A stretch of 64,000 nucleotides of DNA. Origin: Octopus sinensis (taxonomy: Eukaryota). The position numbers were made by a program, and so were the translations under genes. Position 1 is the stretch's first letter; each line of letters opens with the position of its first letter. The stretch spans positions 1 to 64,000 of the forward strand of contig NW_021833279.1 of assembly GCF_006345805.1 (NCBI RefSeq). Direction: 5' to 3'. Shown here piece after piece: positions 41,033 through 56,551 of this stretch. Under the pieces are notes generated by a model. The model did no database searches and was not told the DNA's origin. It saw nothing but the letters and a program-made list of their open reading frames with translations.

Positions 41033-42320
41033 CGAGGGGCGTTCAATAAGTAATGCCCCTGACCCAATTGCAGTTGTTTGCATGTGAAATTTTGCATGTG
41101 CAATTATTTATATCTCTAAAGAATAAGTGGGAAATTACAGCTCTGAACTAATTATGGTTTCTGATTTACAGGTGTTTGAACTGTGTCAGGTGTGAAATGG
41201 AGGCTGTTGAGTGTCGAGCAGTGATCTGGTTTTTGTATTTGAAAGGACGCACACCACGGGAAACTTTTGATGAAATGAAAGTAACTTATGGTGATGATGC
41301 CCCATCATATGACCTTGTAAAACGCTGGCATCGTGAATTGAAACTTGGTCGGAACTCTGTGGAAACAGCTCCCAGATCTGATCGCCCCCTTCTGCCATTG
41401 ATGAGGCATCTGTCCGTCAAGTTGAGGCTGCCATTTTGGAAGATCGACGCATAACTATTCGCCAAATAGCCCATGAAGTCAAGATTAGTACCGGGTCTGT
41501 GGAAACTATCATTCATGACCATTTACATATGCAAAAGGTGTCTGCCAGATGAATTCCCAGGTTGCTCACACCTTTCCAGAAGCAAGAACGCGTTGAATGC
41601 TCGAGGATAAATTTGGAGATGTGCCAAGAAGATGAGTCAAAATATTTCAAAAGACTGATTACGCAGGATGAAAACTGGGTCCATCACTCTGATCCAGAGA
41701 CCAAAGCCCAGTCAATGCAGTGGAAGCGCCGTGACTCACCTCCTCCAAAGAAGGCAAGGGTGCAGCCCTCCGCTGGCAAGGTCACGCTCACAGTCTTCTG
41801 GGACCAGGACGGGGTAGTGATGACAGATTTTCTGGCAAAGTGTACCACAATTACAGGAGCCTATTATGCTTCACTTTTGAGGAAATTAAGAGAAGCTATC
41901 AAAATCAAGAAGCGGGGCAAGATCAGCAAATGCATCCTCCTCTTGCAGGACAACGCTCCGGTCCACAACTCGCGTGTCGCCTGATCAAAAGCACACTCGT
42001 GCGGCTATGAACTTCTCCCCCATCCCCCTACTCTCCTGATCTTGCACCCTCTGAATTTCCCCTCTTCCCACCCATGAAGTGGTTTTTGAAAGGAAAGCGT
42101 TTACCAGATGATGCAGCCTTGATTTCTGAAGTCTCGTCGTGGTTGGAGGACCAAGCTGGGGTCTTCTACGAAAACGGGATCCAGAGCTGCATCAAACAAT
42201 GGGGGAAATGCGTAACTCTGAGTGGTTCCTATGTAGAAAAAGACTAATACCTGTGCCGAGTTTTGTTGCTCTACTACTATGGGAAGTGGGTCAGGGGCAT
42301 TACTTACTGAACGCCCCTCG
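41033..42320 (+). mobile_element. Mariner transposon, 1288 bp, same family as 17989-19278; pseudogenised transposase 41197-42247
   Basis: 34 bp TIRs with 1 mismatch; TA duplication 41031-32 and 42321-22; empty site acatccataTAagtacttt in sister units (e.g. ~5385); ITQDENWVHH, LLQDNAPVH and PPYSPDLAPSEF; internal TGA stops and a frameshift. Confidence 0.93.
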
Positions 42321-44339
42321 TAAGTACTTTATGGCAACCAGTATTTACCCATTAAACTTTCCTTCCTGGTAAACCATCCACAACATGCCCCAGGGCACGT
42401 GATCGTGTGCCTTTTCGTGGTTTACAGCGTATAAACCTTGGAAATATTTCAATATTTGCTGGAAGATCTTTCTTTGAATGACTCTCTGGTCGGGTGTACC
42501 GCGTCCCGGACAGTAATCTTGGGCACAACAATTTCCCTACATATCTTTTCCTGACATCTAGTGTAGACTTTTCTATAATAAGAATAAACTCTTTGGTCTC
42601 TGTTTGAAAAAATTGTGATTGTCACTCCATATTTCCATTGCCTTGGTGTTTTTTCCAGAGGTCCCATCCACCTAGCATACATGGGTCACTCAAAGAATAC
42701 CATCTGTATTTAAGGTTTCTAAAATATCAAGCCGACCGTGCTTTTCACCAGCAGCTTTATCACTTTTAAGTGAATTTAGCTCAAATAAGCGTTCAACCGA
42801 AGAAGAACCTGCTGAAAAAAATAATACAATCACGAATCCATTTCGATGTCCAACTTCATTCAGGATGGTCACTCACAATTTGGATGCAAAAGTCTCCACA
42901 ATTTTGATTCTGATTCCAGCATCCACTGCGGCTTCCAACTGTATTCTGTAGGTCGCACTGGACTTACCAATTTCCAGTGTTCGACAGACTATAGCAATTT
43001 TCAGGTTTTTAGACATTTAGGTAGTGACGAGTTGACAACTCCACCCCTCCTTTTACCCGAACGTTCAGCAAAGAGCGAAAGATGACCGAACTCTATCAAA
43101 AACCTCTGTCACCAAGTATTTCTATACCAGGCACCCTTATAAATATCCCTGTCTTAAAATAATATCTATACCATAGAGAGGAGAGTGTGTATCCGGCACA
43201 GAAGCCTGCTATGACCTCTCCATTAAGTTCACTGACGACATTCCTTCCAATCAATCCTTCTCACAGTTATCAGCGCCAAGGTGTGCACTGAAGTCTCCTT
43301 GCAGGACAAATGACTTTACCCCAAATATATCTAAAGCTGAGGTGAATTTGCTTAGGAAGGATTTGTATTTGACCCCGCTGTTTGCTGCATATACTTACAG
43401 CAGCCACAGTGGTCCTTCATATTCAGCCTTAGCTTCAAGAGGTGAACCCTCACACCTAGTAGGTTTCACTCCATAATACAATCCGAAAGCTGGGGATTGA
43501 GAGTGTCCTAATCCCACCTGTGCAGACGTTTTGGCACCATAGTACCGTAGTGGGGTTTCAAGCCTATATCCAAGTGTACGCTATCGGAGAAACGAAATTT
43601 TGTAGAGGAGACACCGATTATATCTTACAGCAGATTATATCTAACAATTTTGACGTTTTAATTCTCAATTATTAAAGGTTGTTCCCCTCTTTATCTGCTT
43701 TGATTTCCTGAGACCGTCAATGTTGTGCTCCTACCCCACGCACCCCAAATTAAGTTGCAGGCTTCTTGCTGTTTGCACCGGTTTTGGGTGGGGTATGCTA
43801 TACATTCATCGAACGGACTCCTCTACTCGAAATCGGATGCGATGTCTTTTAACTAAATCGATAAATGATGGGGTATGGTTGTTTTTTCATATTGTAGTTA
43901 TGATGGCCACATTTGCGCCGAGCTCCAAACTGATATTTTGTAATTGACCGATGAATATTCGCACCTGGCGAATATTTTATCATTCTATGAGTTTATCATT
44001 ATTCTTGAGAAGTATATATACCATACCTAAGTTTACGTATCATACATACATCCGTTCATAGAGGAGACCGATACACATTCCTGATATTCTGAGATTAATC
44101 TCTCAAATCTTTGACATCAACGTCAACAACAGGCTCAACAGACAAATGTCTTTTTTCTTTCTTTACAATTTATTCTTATTATTTACATCTTTCGTTCTGA
44201 CTTTCATTCATTCACTCGTTCTTTCTTAAATTCTATATTTCTCTCTCCTCCATCAATTCCTTCCCATCCAACAACCTACTTTGTATATGATCCCCCTATT
44301 CTTTCTTTTAAACTACATTATTTCATTTTAATATCACAG

Positions 44340-44414
44340 AACCCGGTCTCGGATCATTGTATACCCGGTGGGGCAGAACAACTTGTCCTCCTTATTCAAA
44401 TCTTGTATATGACG
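44340..44414 (+). CDS. Copy 4 exon 3
   Basis: 75 nt, intact: KPGLGSLYTRWGRTTCPPYSNLVYDG. Confidence 0.85.
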
Positions 44415-45820
44415 GTTAGTATACTTTATATTTCTGACCTCTCATTCTCTTTTTGTCATTCTCTTGCTCTCTTTTTATACCTCTCATTTTCTCTTTTTTT
44501 TAACTCTCTTTCTCTCTCACGCACACGCACACACACTCACCCTTTGTCGGGTTGTCTGACATAAACATTCTCAAATCCTTTTATGATATGTCACGTTTCA
44601 AACGTATATACCTGTAGACTATACAGACACTACACAAGACTGCTTACTCCTTTGTGGGTATTTGGTCAAATCAGAATATTATATGTTGTCTACTACGGAC
44701 CAAGTGAAAAGGATGCTAACTGGTGATCAATTGTACAGGCTACGGATGGTGGTATTGTACGTGAGTGACTAGAGCTGAATAGTGGCCACTTGTCTATCAT
44801 TAACTAGAGTGCCCAATGATCGTAGGTGTGGGCTAAATTGAATAGAGTCTATTAGAATTGATGACAGTGACTGTAAATGGTTAATGTAATGAACGCACAA
44901 TGTAGAATGAGGACTGGACAAGCCACACACTGTATCTGATGGAAAAAGCTGAGGACTTTATTCATTAAGAAAAATATAGAGAGACTAAATATTAGTGAGA
45001 GAACACAACAGAGTACAGAATGCACTTCTATTCTTCTCCGCCTCACTGAAATCGTCCTATCGCTAAAACCTTGCTCTTTTCACGCACAACATCACCTCAT
45101 TAATTATCCAGGATATCTTTGTAAGGTAATTCCGAAACTTCCAATTCAAAGCTGATGCTTCCAACGGCTTCCCCAATCAAGCTCACAATCCCCAAAAATG
45201 CTCTGAATCTGCTCTCTATAAACCCTACACGTATCCTTTATCGGTCGCCCACTCCGCCGTCCATTCATCTTAAGCACTACGCCATCATTGAACCTCACAA
45301 TTTTTCCTCCCACCTCGTTTCTGTGTATTGCATGAAAAAAAGTCTGTGTGATCATAACGTCTATGTAAGCCTGATTCGTCCAAGTCTACACGAGAGGTTT
45401 AGCCACTGACTCTCGTATGATCGACTAAACAACATTTCATCGACGGTTACCCACCACTTCTCTGCATCTCGTCGTCTCCCGTATTGTCCTACTCAAACCT
45501 CCTACATTTTCCACCACCCAAAATATCCCCGTTCACACGTGAACATCTTTTCCATTTCGGATAAACACGAGTGCATGCGTTATGAAATATCTTTCTATTT
45601 CTACTCTATTGACATCCACCGAAAAACACCTACCCCATGCAAACATACATAATAATCCACGTCGTAACCACAAAAACTTACCCGTATACACAAAATATAT
45701 ATATATATTAAATGGAGTTGCATGAACAATCGTGCCGCATTATCTCTGGATATCCTCGTTGCTTACTACGATATATATACATACATATACATACATATAT
45801 ATATATATTTATATATATAT

Positions 45821-45919
<99 letters not shown>

Positions 45920-46118
45920 GAGAAGGTATATGTACAGTTACGATTCAGCAACACACAGTTTACACTCATATAAACACTAACATATATACACCACCAATTC
46001 GTTCACACGTGACTAAGCATGACTTCTTTTAAGTGAAAATTTGTAATGAATGTTTCCGTTATTCGTATATAATTTTGCTTAATATCTTTTTTAATTGATT
46101 TATTCTTACTAATTCAAG

Positions 46119-46612
46119 TGGTGTGGTGGGGACAATGGTACGAACACACAGGTGGCGGAAGTAATCTCTTATGTCTACCCAACGATCCCATTTGGGCCAA
46201 TTATACGACAAAAGTTGAAGAAGGTGGTCACATTTATGGCAGTGAATATGAAATAACTTTTTCCAACAAATAAACTCTTTTCTTTTGCTAACGCTGAATC
46301 ATTCATGAGCACAAACGTTCCGTGTGCTGTCTGTTTGACAACGAAAACCTGCTGTTGTTATGATGTTACCCGCCAGGACAAAGTGTTACGCTGGTTGGAC
46401 AGTGAGTATTCGGGATATTTGATGACCGCGAGTTCTGTACATAAGGGCAGACTTGAATATGTGTGTTGGACTATGCTCCAGAAGCTGATCCAGCAGGTTA
46501 CAGAAATGAAAATGGAGCTCTGCTGCATTTTGTTCAGGCTTTGTGGTCATTGCCATGTCCACCGTATGTCAATTGTCGAGAATTAACCTGTGTTGTGTGC
46601 AGTAAATATTGA
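46119..46612 (+). CDS. Copy 4 exon 4, several small indels
   Basis: QWYEHTGGGSNLLCLPNDPIWANY..., SGYLMTASSVHKGRLEYVC, LTCVVCSKY*. Confidence 0.75.
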
Positions 46613-49330
46613 ATAGAAATTTACATTCGTTTCTATATGAAAATTTATGTCGGCGAATCATAAAATATAATATAATAAAGCAACATATACCTTTCTTGTA
46701 ATTATGTTTCGCAGTATTTTATCTAAGTAATATATGTCGTTAAATAAATTGCTGCTACAAGTTTTCAGAAAATATTCAAAACGAAACAACAGAGACGTCA
46801 TAGAATGTGACAAATAGCTTAACAGAACGATGTAATCCTCAGGGAATGATTCTAGAATACATTTTATGAGGTTCAGTTTATCAAATTTAAAAGTTGAAAT
46901 AAAATGATTCGTTTAAATGTGTTGTATTCCGTCTTAAAATGAAAACAATCCCCAAATGAAACAGCTCCGTACAAATATATCACCCTTTCATGATCAATCT
47001 TCAAAAAACACGATAAAAGCTTATAACTAACATCACTAAATCATAATGGTTTAATAAAAAAAATACTCCCATACGTATCATTGTAACTACAATCGATGCG
47101 ATGAAACCTCTGCAATCCAATCGCGGATATTGTCTAATAAAGCATATTTGATCTTCACTGAAGAAATACCACAAACTGTTGACTAACTAACTACTTATCA
47201 GGTTACTAACACATTGAAGCTTTCACGAAACACTTTCGACAAGGGTACAAGTACACGTCCCACGATTAACTATTTTCAATCAACATTCACATATTCCCGC
47301 TTTTCTACAAAAATCACACACACACACAGCCTCGCCTCACATTACACACGCAGCCTCTCATCGTTCCCTGAACACTTATGTGCCAAAATAAAATATGAAA
47401 CCACCAAGAAATATGAGTAGACATCAGGAACAGCATCAACCGAATCTACAGCAACACCACAAAACATCAAGTTCAACAAATTATCTCCGTCTGTAACATA
47501 AAACTATCAAACACGCAGAAGAGGAACTTGCTTCGAGATACATGCATACAATAACTGTAACACACATAAACGACTTAGTAAGGAAAGGAACACCACTTAT
47601 AAAATATACATTAGGTGGAATCAGTGCAACATGTTGAGTCTTTCACACTATACCCAGCATGATTGCTCCTTGTATATGGGAGTTTGTAGAATGGCTGCCA
47701 GATAAACGAAGGTATCCGTGGAAAGAGGGATCTGTGGGTGGCAGCACGTTTTTTGTCCGATTAATTGCGTGCCATAAGAATGCTCGATTGTGAAAAAGCT
47801 AGAGAAAAAGAATAATAATTAAGTAATATGAAAGCCCGAAATGCAAATTGACAAATGAATATATGGAAACATTCAACATGGCGTTTCCAGTGAACAGTAT
47901 TAGCGCTCAGTATTAGGTATAAGCAATTTTTGGGTTCGTTAAAATGTGCTAATGGCATATTTCAAACTCTAAAGGCAAATTCAGTGCAGAAAGCGGCAGG
48001 AACAGCATATCAGTCCAGTGCTGCTCCCTATCGGGTTCCAATTCAGCCGTTATCAAAAGAAAGTACCGAAGAGGAGAATATCTGGACAAACTTAAAGCCA
48101 TAGCTTTAACTTAAACATAGTCAACAACAACGAGTAAGTGACGCCATTAGAGCGCCAGGCTGGAGTCTGTCGTGAGTTACCTCCCTTCGGTATTTCTGTT
48201 TGATAAATACTTCGCTAGAGGAGTTGACTTCAACCTTGCGCCCCAACGGTAACTGCGGTCGCTCGTACGGGCCCGCATTTTCCCGCATATTTGTGTGTGT
48301 GTGTGTGAATGTGTGTGTGTCAGTATGTGTGTGGTATGTCACTGTCTGTGTGTGTCAGTTTTGTGTGTGTGTGTTTCAGTGTGTGTGTGTGTGTGTGAGT
48401 ATGTGTGTGTCAGTATGTGTGTGTGAGTGTGTGTGTGTGTCAGTGTGTGTATGTAAGTCAGTGTGTGTGTGTATGTGTGTTTGTGTGTGTCAGTGTGTGT
48501 GTGTGTGTGTGTGTGTATGTCTGTGTGTGTGTATATTAGTGTGTGTGTGTTTGTGGGTGTGTGTGTCAGTGTGTGTGTGTCTATATCAGTGTGTGTGTGT
48601 GAGTGTGTGTCAGTGTGTGTGTGTGTGTGTGTGTCAGTGTGTGTGTGTTTGTGCGTGTGTGTGTCAGTGTGTGCGTGTGTATGTATATCAGTGTGTGTGT
48701 GTCAGTGTGTGTCAGTGTGTGTGTCTCAGTGTAGGTGTGTGTGTTGGTGTGTGTGTGTCCGAGTGTGTCAGTGTGTCAGTGTGTGTGTGTGTGCGTGTGT
48801 GTGAGTGTGCATGTGTGTGTGTGTGTTGGTGTTTGTGTCAGTGGGTGTGTGTGTGTGTGTGTCAGTGTTTGTGTGTGTGTGTGGTGTGTTGTGTGTGTGT
48901 CTTTGTGTCTGTGTATTTGTCGGTTGAACGAAATACTTCCCACACTGAATATTAAAACAGTTTCCCAAGAATAACAAATAAAATTAAATAACAACATTAG
49001 TAAATAAATATATCATAATATATCCAGAAACAGGAATCATTTCACTTTACACGTGTCTCTCATTCATCAAAATATTTTGCTAATTATTGTGTGACAATAT
49101 CAAACCATTTCTTTCCAATAATTAAACCTGTCAGATAAATTCACACCCGCTTTTACAGTTCCACAATCGCATTGGTTCATAAATTTACGATAAGATCTAT
49201 GCCAGAGCTGGGTTGTTGTGCGCTCAATAAATACGTGGAATTCAGTTACAGGTCTTCAGCTAAACCTCGCATCTCGATCTTTTGTTGAAGCCACACGAAG
49301 TATCACGTACGACCGACAACTGTCACCAGA

Positions 49331-49471
49331 ATGGATTTCGCACATGTCCAGGAATATTTCGCAGCGTTATTCCATTTCTTCTCTCATAGCTTTTGGGGTT
49401 CTTCTCGTTCTGACGATCGTGATTCTTCATCAAGATTCAAGAATAGGAAAAATGGAAGAGAAATCGAAACG
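49331..49471 (+). CDS. Copy 5 exon 1, signal anchor
   Basis: ATG to CG|GTAAGT; SISSLIAFGVLLVLTIVIL is intact, with a 2 nt and a 1 nt deletion flanking it. Confidence 0.75.
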
Positions 49472-50413
49472 GTAAGTCATGGATTTGTGTGTTAATATAA
49501 TTATGTCTTTATGTATTATATATGCATGTATGTATGTATGCATTTACGTATGTATGTATTAATATGTGGATCTATGTACGTACCGATGGATGGATGGATG
49601 TAAGGATGTATGCCTGAACCAAGTATATATGTTCCTATGGAGCACACACACACACATAAGATCCATCACACACGTAATCACACACGAACACACAGGCTAA
49701 CACACCTAAACGTACATATGTGTATATACATATATATAAATATACATATTTTTGTATGTATAATATACATATATATATATATATATATATAAATATACAT
49801 ACATATGAATATATTAGTGCGCGTACATATATAGATATATATATATATATACAAACATATATATGCGTGTGTGTATCTATCTTTGTATCTCTCTGTCTAT
49901 CTCTCACTCTCTCTCTCTATATATATATATTTATATATATATATGTGTGTGTGTGTGTTTATGTATAAATATATCCATTTCCTCGCTTCAGTCATTTGAC
50001 TGCGGGCATGCTAGGGCACTGCGTTTAGTAGGACAAATCGACTTCGGGAATTATTCTTTGTAAGCCTAGTGCTCATTCTATCGGTACCTCTAGCCGAACC
50101 GCTATGTAACGGGGACGTAAACACAACGGCATCTGTTGAGAAGCGATTGTGGTGCGACAATCACTGACACATACATAATACATAGATACATACATACACG
50201 CATGTGGTGTGTGTGTGTGTGTGTGTGTGCGTGTGTGTGAGTGTGTGTGTGTGTATAGCACCCTTCTTTCAGTCTCAATCTACCAAATCTACTGACATGG
50301 CTCTGGTCAGCTCGAGGTTATAGTGGTAGGCATTCGTCCAATTTTCTACGCAGTGGGACTGAACTGAATACCTTGTGGTTAAGAAGCAAGTGCCTTACTA
50401 CACAGACACTGTA

Positions 50414-50444
<31 letters not shown>

Positions 50445-50818
50445 GATACATATATCACCGCTCGGTCTGGGAATCGAAAGCGCGATCCTACGACCACTGG
50501 GCCATTGTACCTCCACACACACACACACACACTCACATATATATATATATATACATATCATATATTTATACACACATATATAGTTACGAATGTATATACA
50601 TACATATCTATCTATCAATTTTTTTTTTTCCTCTCCCCCTTTTTTTTTTTTTTTTTAACCCCCCTTTTTTTTGTCCTCTTTCTCTCCTTTTACGATCCCT
50701 CTGATCGAAACTCCCCCTTCCTTTTTTTTTTTTTTTTTTTTTTAAACCTTCAAAAGAAAAGCTCTACCTTGTAATTTGTTCTATCTGTGTGCAGCCCTGT
50801 GTGGCTAATAAAGAAACA

Positions 50819-50976
<158 letters not shown>

Positions 50977-50996
50977 TATATATATTTATGTATATG

Positions 50997-51027
<31 letters not shown>

Positions 51028-53768
51028 ATTTACATATACACACATCCCAAGGAAACACAAAGAAGGGTGGAATTGTACTCCTGTCCGATCGCTCTTTCAC
51101 CAGACATAATCCTGGAGAGGAAATAAGTGCGTAATGAAAAAAAATCTAATGGTGGGGTTCTAGCATGGCCATGCCCTGTCGCTGCAACGTTTAGCCCTAT
51201 TAATTTAGCGTTAAGTATTATATCTAGATGTACACTTGCACACACGCACAGAAACTGACACATATAACACCACACACACGCTCACATCGGAATACGTACA
51301 TATTTACACACATTTATCTATTTCTCTCCATCAAGAACGGAAGTGAGGCAGTTTTTTTTAATCTTTTCTTTCCAACTGAAAATATAACGTGCGAGTGCCA
51401 ATGTAGATCGGTGAATTTCGTAATGTTTGACTGTCATTCTCGTTGGTTTTTATATATGACAATATGTAAGAACGAATGTAAATACATACACACAGACACA
51501 CGGACAAACACACGCACAAATAAACACAAACACACACACATACGCACGCACACAGACACACGTGCTCAATTGTACACGAACAATCACACTATACAGTGTA
51601 TGTCCACTCACATATATGTGTGCGTTTGTGTGTGTGTATGCGTATAAGTAGATACGTATATTTGTGATATTTATGGTGTGTATGCTTAAGTATACGTGCA
51701 TACGTATATATCGATATGTATTTATATATGTGTGATGTGTGTGTGTGTGTGTGTGTGGGTGGAGGCGCAGTGGCCCAGTGGTTAGGGCAGCGGACTCATG
51801 GTTGTCGGATAGCGGTTTCGATTCCCAGACTGGGCGTTGTGAGTGTTTAATGCTCCACGAGGCTCAGGGAGTGGGTTTGTTGTGATCTCTGCTGTAATCT
51901 TTCGCTAACTTTCTCCCTTTCTTCTGTTGGCCTGCTCGCTTAACCGCGGGGGTGGCGTCATTTGAAGGCTAAAACAACGCGACGCGCATTGTGAGCAGCG
52001 ATATGTAGCAACAACTGGTCTGTGACGGTGATCACGGAGACATATGCATCATAAGCACACATATACACACACACTACATACACACGTACATACACACACA
52101 CCAGCACAGATGTCCACATATACCTTTAACGAACAATACATACAGATACGCACACACTTATACACACATGGGCAACAGACACACACGCACATACGCGTAC
52201 TTAAGCGCACACACGCACGCACATTTACTCCCACACAACTCCAGAAAAACCCAAAACACACACGCATGTACAAATTCACATACACACCGATACATATACA
52301 TACACACAACATATGCCTACACGCACACACACATCCGTATACACATATAGACACAGACAACACACACACGCACGCAAAAAAATGCGCACACATACGCACG
52401 TACACACGCACATTAATGCACACACCGAAACTCACAACCCCACGGATACACGCATATACACCATATACGCTTACAACACACACATACAAACGTACACGTA
52501 CATGCACACACGCACATACGAGACGCACGCACATACATACACACACACACAAAATGAACCCACACATACGTCGCATACACACGGTACACAATAATACATA
52601 CACGCGCACAATTATAAATACATGTACACACACAGACGCACAGTTATTCGCCACACACCCTAACTCTACGCCTACACACACGAACACACACACATGCACA
52701 CACACACACTACAAACAATACACACACACGATACATATACATACACGCACACACAGACATACATCAAACTAGCAGTACCTACTACTTGACCTGGGGTAGA
52801 GACAAAAGGAGCCACGCCCAATTCCTTCTTCCTTGACCTTAACACTACTAACCCTACAACACGCAAAGATTAACAGCCACAACCACACACACATACACAC
52901 ACATACGTGTCATTATTGCACACATACACACAGACACACACACGCACACACAGACCTCCGCACACGCTCTTATCCACACTTACACACATATACTTCTTCC
53001 TCCACCAATCTCCTGTCTTTGAAAGAACTTTTCTTCACCCATTTCCTTCCGGTCATTCAAAATGTGTGCGCGTGTGTACCGTTGGCGATTTTTTTCCTCT
53101 GTCTTCCCTCCTCTGGATCTTTCCATCTCGTATGTTTCCGACGAAGAGCTCCACCTGAAAAGTTAAACCCTCCTTTCTTTCTTTCCTGGCGTCCAATAAT
53201 ACTATGTTTGTTTCACGTCCACGCGTTGATGTGTTTCTTTGTGCTTTTTTGTTTGGATTAAATTTAACTATATAAACTGGGGTTTCTGTGATTTAGAATG
53301 CACCGAAAAGCTGTCAGTGGATATACTCTCCTTTGCAGCAGTGTGCGCTGTGTCTAACACGACCCATCATCGGAAATTTTGACACCTCACGTCGGGTTTG
53401 TTGTCCTACTCACTCATAGAGTAAATTTGGAGGAACTGTGGTTGTTCATTCGAGAGTACCAGGGAACCAATAATGGGATAGACTTGCCCTTGAACTTTGG
53501 ACGTCGGGGTAAATTCATGTTTATCTATCTTCTTAGATTCACCAAACGATGTCATTTGAAATGCAGAGTTGTATTGTCTGATATTGTTCAGAAAAATCCT
53601 TTGACTTGATGGAAGCGCCTTCTAGAAGATTTCTAAGGGGGTTGAGATGGTAGTGTTGTCAATGATACCTGTCCGAATATGTTGTCATCTATTGCATTGT
53701 TTAAGTTCTAAACGATTATAAATACCCTGAAGTTCTATTTATATGATGCTATTTCTATTTTTTCACAG

Positions 53769-53818
53769 AACCGTTTCATCTCCAAGAAATCTCTCGACGA
53801 TAAACCTGATGACACCAA
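53769..53818 (+). CDS. Copy 5 exon 2
   Basis: 50 nt (an AC dinucleotide lost from ACACC), AG/GTAAG. Confidence 0.75.
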
Positions 53819-56478
53819 GTAAGAACTAATTTTATGGCTAAAGTCTTTTAACCATGTCTCCTTAACTAATGGTTTACAATTTTACCAACTTCGAATTAGT
53901 TCCACATTACTATCCACATGTCCAAAATAGTATATACTAAGACACTTGCCTGCATTTATTTCAAAATATGTTCTACTTTACAATAAATTCCTAAATAAAA
54001 TGTTACTTTAATACACTCTATGCCATTTATTGTGTGTATATGAGTATATATGCAAAGATACGTCGAGAATTGTACCAATCCCACTTCATCTGAGAATCAA
54101 ATGCCCGAGCTGGCGCTTCACTGCGTTTATATCTACAATTCAGCATTCTGTCCACTCTTGTGCTTCCAATCATTCGTGAATAGAGACCCGAAATAATGAT
54201 GTTCCACTTTCCTACACAGTGCGTATTTGTCAATCCTGCCTTGGGGTACTCGGCAGCCAACTCATTCAGCGCATGTTGTTGGTTACCATCAGACGAATCA
54301 TGTAGCAGCATGTCGTCTACAAATAACAGTCGACCGATCACGTAGAGATGATTTGGGATACCTCTACCACAATGGCTGCGCATATTCAACCAGATCACAA
54401 AAAAGAATGTGAGAAGGTGCACTAACAAAGCACACTTTTACTGAGTGAAACCTTCACGTTGAAAACTTTCGACTTTTACATAAATACAATCATTTGAACA
54501 TCCATATAAGTGCTTTAGGGCAACCAGTATTTGCCCATTAAACACACCTTCATGGTAAACATTCCACAACCTGCCCAAGGGCACGTGATTGCGTGACTTT
54601 CCGTGGTTTACAGCGTATAAAGCTTAGAAATGCTTCAACGTTTGCTGGAAGATCTGTCTTTGAACGACTCTCTGGTCGGGTGTACTGCGTCCCGGACAGT
54701 AATCTTGGGCACAACAATTTCCCTACATATCTCTTCCTGACATCTAGTGTAGACTTTTCTATAATTAGAACACAATCTTTGGTCTCTGTTTGAAAAAATT
54801 GTGATTGTCTCCCCATATTACCATTGCCTTGGTGTGTTTTCCAGAGGTCCCATCCACCTAGCATACATGGGTCACTCAGAGAATACCATCTGTATTTAAG
54901 GTTTCTAAAATATCAAGCCGAGCGTGCTTTTCACCAGCAGCTTTACCACTTTTAAGTGAGTTTAGCTCAAAAAAGCGTTCAACCGAATAAGAACCTGCCG
55001 AATAAAATAATACAATCACGAATCCATTTCGATGTCCAACTTCATTCAGGCGGGTCACTCTCAATTTGGATGCAAAAGTCTCCACAATTTTATATCTGAT
55101 CCCAGCATCCACAGCGGCTTCCAACTGTATTCTGTAGGTTGCACTGGACTTACCAATTTCCAGTGTTCGGCAGACCGTAGGAATATTCAGGTTTTAGACA
55201 TTTAGGTAGTGACGAGTTGACAACTCCGCCACTTCCTTTTACCGAACGTTCAGCAAAGAGTGAAAGATGACCGAAATCTATCACAAACCTCTGTCACCAA
55301 GTATTTCTATATAAGGTACCCTATAAATATCCCTGTCTTCAAATAATATCTATACCAGAGAGAGGAGAGTGTGTATCCTGCACTGAAGGCTGCTATGACC
55401 TCTCCATTAAGTTCACTGACGACATTCCTTCCAATCAAACCTTCTCACGGTTATCAGTGCCAAGGTGTGCACTGAAGTCTCCTGGCAGGACAAATGACTT
55501 TACCCCAAATATATCTAATTCTGAGTGTGAATTTGCTAAGAAAGGATTCGTATTGAGCTCGCTGTTTGCTGCATATACTTACAGCAGCCAAAGTGGCCCT
55601 TATATTCAGACTTATTTTCAAGAGGTGAACCCTCACACCTAGTAAGTTTCATTCCATAAAACAATCCGAATGCTGGGAATTGAGTGTATCCTAATCCCAC
55701 CTCTGCGACATTGTTGGCACCACAGTTGCGTAGTGGAGTTTCAAGCCTATATCCAAGAGCCGCTATCGAGAAACGAGAAACGAAATTTGCAGAGGAGACT
55801 CCGATCATATCTTACAGGCAGATTATATCTAACAATTTTGACTTTTTAATTCTCAATTATTAAGGGTTGTTCCCTTCTTGATCTGCTTTTGTTGTCTGAG
55901 ACCGTCAATTTTGTGCTCTCAAACCACGCGCCCCAGATTAATTGCAGGCTTCTTGCTCGTTGCACCGGTATTGGGTGGGGTTGTGCTATACATTTATCGA
56001 CAAATGATGCGGTATGGTTGTTATTTCATATTGTAGTTATGATGGCCTTATTTGCGCCGAGCTCCAAACTGATATTGGTAATTGACCGATGAATATTCGC
56101 ACCTGGCGAATATTTTATCATTATTCTATTGAGTTTTATCATTATTCTATTGAGAAGTATATATACTCATACCCAAGTTTACGTATCATACATACATCCG
56201 TTCATAGCGGAGACCGATACACATTCTGATATTCTGCGATTAATCTCTGAAATCTTTGACATCAACGTCACCAACAGGCTCAACAGACAAATGTCTTTTT
56301 CTTTCTTTACAATTTATTCTTATTATTTACATCTTTCGTTCTGACTTTCATTCATTCACTCGTTCTTTCTTAATTCTATATTTCTCTTCTCCATCAATTC
56401 CTTCCCTTCCAACAACCTACTTTGTAAATGATCCCCAATTCTTTCTTTTAAACTACATTATTTCATTTAATTTCGCAG

Positions 56479-56551
56479 AACCCGGTCTCGGATCATTGTA
56501 TACCGGTGGGGCAGAACAACTTGTCCTCCTTATTCAAACTTGTATATGACG
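56479..56551 (+). CDS. Copy 5 exon 3
   Basis: 73 nt, two single-base losses versus the 75 nt consensus, AG/GTTAGT. Confidence 0.75.

Larger units (their letters stand above)
38731..46612 (+). pseudogene. Array gene copy 4, promoter and exon 1 deleted
   Basis: At ~38731 gtaaataaaa joins catgcgcacacatacg, skipping ~3 kb (equivalent to ~23650-26680 in copy 3); exons 2-4 remain. Confidence 0.6.
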
